DNA from: Auanema rhodensis
Lineage: Eukaryota; Animalia; Nematoda
Direction of reading: 5' to 3'
Length of the DNA stretch: 64,000 bases
Assembly (NCBI GenBank): GCA_964057225.1
Contig: OZ059895.1
Location: 868,001-932,000, forward strand
Each line of letters opens with the position of its first letter. Position 1 is the first letter of the stretch. Shown here piece by piece: positions 57,401 through 64,000 of the stretch. The notes below the pieces were generated by a model. That model saw only the letters and a program-made list of their open reading frames with translations, searched no databases and was not told where the DNA came from. The position numbers were made by a program, and so were the translations under genes.

Positions 57401-60315
57401 GTACATGGAAACTCAACATACACTAATGCATCATTTTTCAAACGATCATAACTAATTTTTGTATCAAGCGTTCCTCGATGTAGTATAGTGCATTCGCTGC
57501 GGATTTTTAAGCTGCGTCGATCTGTGTTATCAGATTTGCGCTAGCTTAAAAATGCACCGAGATATCAACTGATATAAGTTCACACTTATATCCTCGATTT
57601 TCACCCTGAAGAATTGATTTTTTCGTTGAATAACATTGTCTATCGTCTTTGCCTTGAAAAATGGAATCTAAAAACATCTACTTTTTGCTAAATTATTTTG
57701 AAATTTTTCGAAAAAATTTTTGTCAAAATGTTTTTGGAAGCAATGTTGAGTGTACATGGAAACTCAACATACACTAATGCATCATTTTTCAAACAATCAT
57801 AACTAATTTGTGTATTAAGCGTTTCTCAATGTAGTATAGTGCAATCGATGCGGATTTTTAAGCTGCGTCGATCTGTGTTATCAGATTTGCGCTAGCTTAA
57901 AAATGCACCGAGATATCAACTGATATAAGTTCACACTTATATCCTCGATTTTCACCCTGAAGAATTGATTTTTTCGTTGAATAACATTGTCTATCGTCTT
58001 TGCCTTGAAAAATGGAATCTAAAAACATCTACTTTTTGCTAAATTATTTTGAAATTTTTCGAAGAAATTTTTGTCAAAATGTTTTTGGAAGCAATGTTGA
58101 GTGTACATGGAAACTCAACATACACTAATGCATCATTTTTCAAACAATCATAACTAATTTGTGTATTAAGCGTTTCTCAATGTAGTATAGTGCATTCGAT
58201 GCGGATTTTTAAGCTGCGTCGATCTGTGTTATCAGATTTGCGCTAGCTTAAAAATGCACCGAGATATCAACTGATATAAGTTTACACTTATATCCTCGAT
58301 TTTCACCCTGAAGAATTGATTTTTTCGTTGAATAACATTGTCTATCGTCTTTGCCTTGAAAAATGAAATCTAAAAACATCTACTTTTTGCTAAATTATTT
58401 TGAAATTTTTCGAAAAAATTTTTGTCAAAATGTTTTTGGAAGCAATGTTGAGTGTACATGGAAACTCAACATACACTAATGCATCATTTTTCAAACAATC
58501 ATAACTAATTTGTGTATTAAGCGTTTCTCAATGTAGTATAGTACATTCGATGCGGATTTTTAAGCTGCGTCGATCTGTGTTATCAGATTTGCGTTAGCTT
58601 AAAAATGCACCGAGATATCAACTGATATAAGTTCACACTTATATCCTCGATTTTCACCCTGAAGAATTGATTTTTTCGTTGAATAACATTGTCTATCGTC
58701 TTTGCCTTAAAAAATGGAATCTAAAAACATCTACTTTTTGCTAAATTACTTTGAAATTTTTCGAAAAAATTTTTGTCAAAATGTTTTTGGAAGCAATGTT
58801 GAGTGTACATGGAAACTCAACATACACTAATGCATCATTTTTCAAACGATCATAACTAATTTTTGTATCAAGCGTTTCTCGATGTAGTATAGTGCATTCG
58901 ATGCGGATTTTTAAGCTGCGTCGATCTGTGTTATCAGATTTGCGCTAGCTTAAAAATGCACCGAGATATCAACTGATATAAGTTCACACTTATATCCTCG
59001 ATTTTCACCCTGAAGAATTGATTTTTTCGTTGAATAACATTGTCTATCGTCTTTGCCTTGAAAAATGGAATCTAAAAACATCTACTTTTTGCTAAATTAT
59101 TTTGAAATTTTTCGAAAAAATTTTTGTCAAAATGTTTTTGGAAGCAATGTTGAGTGTACATGGAAACTCAACATACACTAATGCATCATTTTTCAAACAA
59201 TCATAACTAATTTGTGTATTAAGCGTTTCTCAATGTAGTATAGTGCAATCGATGCGGATTTTTAAGCTGCGTCGATCTGTGTTATCAGATTTGCGCTAGC
59301 TTAAAAATGCACCGAGATATCAACTGATATAAGTTCACACTTATATCCTCGATTTTCACCCTGAAGAATTGATTTTTTCGTTGAATAACATTGTCTATCG
59401 TCTTTGCCTTGAAAAATGGAATCTAAAAACATCTACTTTTTGCTAAATTACTTTGAAATTTTTCGAAAAAATTTTTGTCAAAATGTTTTTGGAAGCAATG
59501 TTGAGTGTACATGGAAACTCAACATACACTAATGCATCATTTTTCAAACGATCATAACTAATTTTTGTATCAAGCGTTTCTCGATGTAGTATAGTGCATT
59601 CGATGCGGATTTTTAAGCTGCGTCGATCTGTGTTATCAGATTTGCGCTAGCTTAAAAATGCACCGAGATATCAACTGATATAAGTTCACACTTATATCCT
59701 CGATTTTCACCCTGAAGAATTGATTTTTTCGTTGAATAACATTGTCTATCGTCTTTGCCTTGAAAAATGGAATCTAAAAACATCTACTTTTTGCTAAATT
59801 ATTTTGAAATTTTTCGAAAAAATTTTTGTCAAAATGTTTTTGGAAGCAATGTTGAGTGTACATGGAAACTCAACATACACTAATGCATCATTTTTCAAAC
59901 AATCATAACTAATTTGTGTATTAAGCGTTTCTCAATGTAGTATAGTGCAATCGATGCGGATTTTTAAGCTGCGTCGATCTGTGTTATCAGATTTGCGCTA
60001 GCTTAAAAATGCACCGAGATATCAACTGATATAAGTTCACACTTATATCCTCGATTTTCACCCTGAAGAATTGATTTTTTCGTTGAATAACATTGTCTAT
60101 CGTCTTTGCCTTGAAAAATGGAATCTAAAAACATCTACTTTTTGCTAAATTACTTTGAAATTTTTCGAAAAAATTTTTGTCAAAATGTTTTTGGAAGCAA
60201 TGTTGAGTGTACATGGAAACTCAACATACACTAATGCATCATTTTTCAAACGATCATAACTAATTTTTGTATCAAGCGTTTCTCGATGTAGTATAGTGCA
60301 TTCGTAGCGGATTTT

Positions 60316-63300
60316 TAAGCTGCGTCGATCTGTGTTATCAGATTTGCGCTAGCTTAAAAATGCACCGAGATATCAACTGATATAAGTTCACACTTATATC
60401 CTCGATTTTCACCCTGAAGAATTGATTTTTTCGTTGAATAACATTGTCTATCGTCTTTGCCTTGAAAAATGGAAACTAAAAACATCTACTTTTTGCTTAA
60501 TTATTTTGAAATTTTTCGAAGAAATTTTTGTCAAAATGTTTTTGGAAGCAATGTTGAGTGTACATGGAAACTCAACATACACTAATGCATCATTTTTCAA
60601 ACAATCATAACTAATTTGTGTATTAAGCGTTTCTCAATGTAGTATAGTGCATTCGATGCGGATTTTTAAGCTGCGTCGATCTGTGTTATCAGATTTGCGC
60701 TAGCTTAAAAATGCACCGAGATATCAACTGATATAAGTTCACACTTATATCCTCGATTTTCACCCTGAAGAATTGATTTTTTCGTTGAATAACATTGTCT
60801 ATCGTCTTTGCCTTGAAAAATGGAATCCAAAAACATCTACTTTTTGCTAAATTATTTTGAAATTTTTCGAAAAAATTTTTGTCAAAATGTTTTTGGAAGC
60901 AATGTTGAGTGTACATGGAAACTCAACATACACTAATGCATCATTTTTCAAACAATCATAACTAATTTGTGTATTAAGCGTTTCTCAATGTAGTATAGTG
61001 CAATCGATGCGGATTTTTAAGCTGCGTTGATCTGTGTTATCAGATTTGCGCTAGCTTAAAAATGCACCGAGATATCAACTGATATAAGTTCACACTTATA
61101 TCCTCGATTTTCACCCTGAAGAATTGATTTTTTCGTTGAATAACATTGTCTATCGTCTTTGCCTTAAAAAATGGAATCTAAAAACATCTACTTTTTGCTA
61201 AATTACTTTGAAATTTTTCGAAAAAATTTTTGTCAAAATGTTTTTGGAAGCAATGTTGAGTGTACATGGAAACTCAACATACACTAATGCATCATTTTTC
61301 AAACGATCATAACTAATTTTTGTATCAAGCGTTTCTCGATGTAGTATAGTGCATTCGATGCGGATTTTTAAGCTGCGTCGATCTGTGTTATCAGATTTGC
61401 GCTAGCTTAAAAATGCACCGAGATATCAACTGATATAAGTTCACACTTATATCCTCGATTTTCACCCTGAAGAATTAATTTTTTCGTTAAATAACTTTGT
61501 CCATCGTCTTTGCCTTGAAAAATGGAATCTAAAAACATCTACTTTTTGCTAAATTGTTTCGAAATTTTTCGAAAAAATTTTTGTCAAAATGTTTTTGGAA
61601 GCAATGTTGAGTGTACATGGAAACTCAACATACACAAATGCATCATTTTTCAAACAATCATAACTAATTTGTGTATTAAGCGTTTCTCAATGTAGTATAG
61701 TGCAATCGATGCGGATTTTTAAGCTGCGTCGATCTGTGTTATCAGATTTGCGCTAGCTTAAAAATGCACCGAGATATCAACTGATATAAGTTCACACTTA
61801 TATCCTCGATTTTCACCCTGAAGAATCGATTTTTTCGTTGAATAACATTGTCTATCGTCTTTGCCTTGAAAAATGGAATCTAAAAACATCTACTTTTTGC
61901 TAAATTATTTTGAAATTTTTCGAAAAAATTTTTGTCAAAATGTTTTTGGAAGCAATGTTGAGTGTACATGGAAACTCAACATACACTAATGCATCATTTT
62001 TCAAACGATCATAACTAATTTTTGTATCAAGCGTTTCTCGATGTAGTATAGTGCATTCGTAGCGGATTTTTAAGCTGCGTCGATCTGTGTTATCAGATTT
62101 GCGCTAGCTTAAAAATGCACCGAGATATCAACTGATATAAGTTCACACTTATATCCTCGATTTTCACCCTGAAGAATTGATTTTTTCGTTGAATAACATT
62201 GTCTATCGTCTTTGCCTTGAAAAATGGAAACTAAAAACATCTACTTTTTGCTTAATTATTTTGAAATTTTTCGAAGAAATTTTTGTCAAAATGTTTTTGG
62301 AAGCAATGTTGAGTGTACATGGAAACTCAACATACACTAATGCATCATTTTTCAAACAATCATAACTAATTTGTGTATTAAGCGTTTCTCAATGTAGTAT
62401 AGTGCATTCGATGCGGATTTTTAAGCTGCGTCGATCTGTGTTATCAGATTTGCGCTAGCTTAAAAATGCACCGAGATATCAACTGATATAAGTTCACACT
62501 TATATCCTCGATTTTCACCCTGAAGAATTGATTTTTTCGTTGAATAACATTGTCTATCGTCTTTGCCTTGAAAAATGGAATCCAAAAACATCTACTTTTT
62601 GCTAAATTATTTTGAAATTTTTCGAAAAAATTTTTGTCAAAATGTTTTTGGAAGCAATGTTGAGTGTACATGGAAACTCAACATACACTAATGCATCATT
62701 TTTCAAACAATCATAACTAATTTGTGTATTAAGCGTTTCTCAATGTAGTATAGTGCAATCGATGCGGATTTTTAAGCTGCGTTGATCTGTGTTATCAGAT
62801 TTGCGCTAGCTTAAAAATGCACCGAGATATCAACTGATATAAGTTCACACTTATATCCTCGATTTTCACCCTGAAGAATTGATTTTTTCGTTGAATAACA
62901 TTGTCTATCGTCTTTGCCTTAAAAAATGGAATCTAAAAACATCTACTTTTTGCTAAATTACTTTGAAATTTTTCGAAAAAATTTTTGTCAAAATGTTTTT
63001 GGAAGCAATGTTGAGTGTACATGGAAACTCAACATACACTAATGCATCATTTTTCAAACGATCATAACTAATTTTTGTATCAAGCGTTTCTCGATGTAGT
63101 ATAGTGCATTCGATGCGGATTTTTAAGCTGCGTCGATCTGTGTTATCAGATTTGCGCTAGCTTAAAAATGCACCGAGATATCAACTGATATAAGTTCACA
63201 CTTATATCCTCGATTTTCACCCTGAAGAATTAATTTTCTCGTTAAATAACATTGTCCATCGTCTTTGCCTTGAAAAATGGAATCTAAAAACATCTACTTT

Positions 63301-63474
63301 TTGCTAAATTGTTTCGAAATTTTTCGAAAAAATTTTTGTCAAAATGTTTTTGGAAGCAATGTTGAGTGTACATGGAAACTCAACATACACTAATGCATCA
63401 TTTTTCAAACAATCATAACTAATTTGTGTATTAAGCGTTTCTCAATGTAGTATAGTGCATTCGATGCGGATTTT
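60316..63474 (-). repeat. Pentameric higher-order repeat (1755 bp), about 1.8 tandem copies; same pentamer as at about 29469-31223
   Basis: Marker monomers occur in the order GCTTAATT, GAATCCAA, GCGTTGAT+CCTTAAAA+ATTACT, GTTAAAT+TTGTTTCG, TTCGTAGCGG. ORF-track hits 60422/62177 and 60689/62444 are each 1755 bp apart. Confidence 0.85.
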
Positions 63475-64000
63475 TAAGCTGCGTCGATCTGTGTTATCAG
63501 ATTTGCGCTAGCTTAAAAATGCACCGAGATATCAACTGATATAAGTTCACACTTATATCCTCGATTTTCACCCTGAAGAATTGTTTTTTTTTGTTGAATA
63601 ACATTGTCTATCGTCTTTGCCTTGAAAAATGGAATCTAAAAACATCTACTTTTTGCTAAATTATTTTGAAATTTTTCGAAAAAATTTTTGTCAAAATGTT
63701 TTTGGAAGCAATGTTGAGTGTACATGGAAACTCAACATACACTAATGCATCATTTTTCAAACAATCATAACTAATTTGTGTATTAAGCGTTTCTCAATGT
63801 AGTATAGTGCATTCGATGCGGATTTTTAAGCTGCGTCGATCTGTGTTATCAGATTTGCGCTAGCTTAAAAATGCACCGAGATATCAACTGATATAAGTTC
63901 ACACTTATATCCTCGATTTTCACCCTGAAGAATTGATTTTTTCGTTGAATAACATTGTCTATCGTCTTTGCCTTGAAAAATGGAATCTAAAAACATCTAC

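Larger units (their letters stand above)
6081..64000 (-). repeat. 351-bp satellite array, right arm (165 monomers plus a partial one), reverse complement of the left-arm monomer, open at the window's right edge
   Basis: TAAGCTGCGTCGATCTGTGTTATCAG recurs at 6081, 6432, 6782 ... 27492, 27714 ... 42105, 42415 ... 63475, 63827. The period is 351 except for units of 350, 352, 222, 310 and 352 bp. Confidence 0.99.

Noticed and set aside
28522-62365. Fourteen copies of a 62-aa + strand ORF (MIFSLNN...)
   Set aside because: It has a TTG start and exists only where a TAA>TTA SNP (GCTAAATT>GCTTAATT) removes a stop in the monomer. The F/K/I-rich composition reflects A/T tracts, and I recognise no domain.
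29842-62671. Eight copies of a 75-aa - strand ORF (MYTQHCF...)
   Set aside because: It is created by one TAG>TGG SNP (GAATCT>GAATCC). The frame is closed in the great majority of monomers and there is no sign of coding constraint.
11191-63592. Single-base insertions (A7 at about 11197-11203, T9 at 63584-63592)
   Set aside because: These are homopolymer length changes in single units and could be slippage or sequencing error. The first one restoring the phase lost at 6737 is probably coincidence.
1-64000. CRISPR array or integron-like cassette array (regularly spaced palindromic repeats)
   Set aside because: The sequence between palindromes is itself repeated almost identically. There are no unique spacers or cassettes and no cas or integrase genes.

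Overview
The whole 64 kb window is one AT-rich (about 31% GC by my count of the first unit) tandem satellite array with a 351-bp monomer, about 183 near-identical copies. It looks like eukaryotic (peri)centromeric or heterochromatic satellite DNA. I cannot assign it to a named family or species. I see no credible genes, RNA genes, transposons or CRISPR arrays. All 24 ORFs in the track are satellite monomers in which one SNP removes a stop codon. The structure of interest is in the array itself. (1) Orientation switches abruptly at 6081, joining two different monomer subfamilies around a 96-bp spacer. (2) A 129-bp deletion at about 27626 coincides with a sharp change of variant subfamily, and there is a 41-bp deletion at about 42401. 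(3) Each monomer carries four dyad-symmetry (hairpin/cruciform) elements, and each of the three junctions has a breakpoint at the edge of one. (4) Local 2-, 3-, 4-, 5-, 7- and 9-mer higher-order repeats form a patchwork, and some blocks recur 28 and 88 monomers away. I did not find a new protein-coding system, and functional interpretations below are inference.
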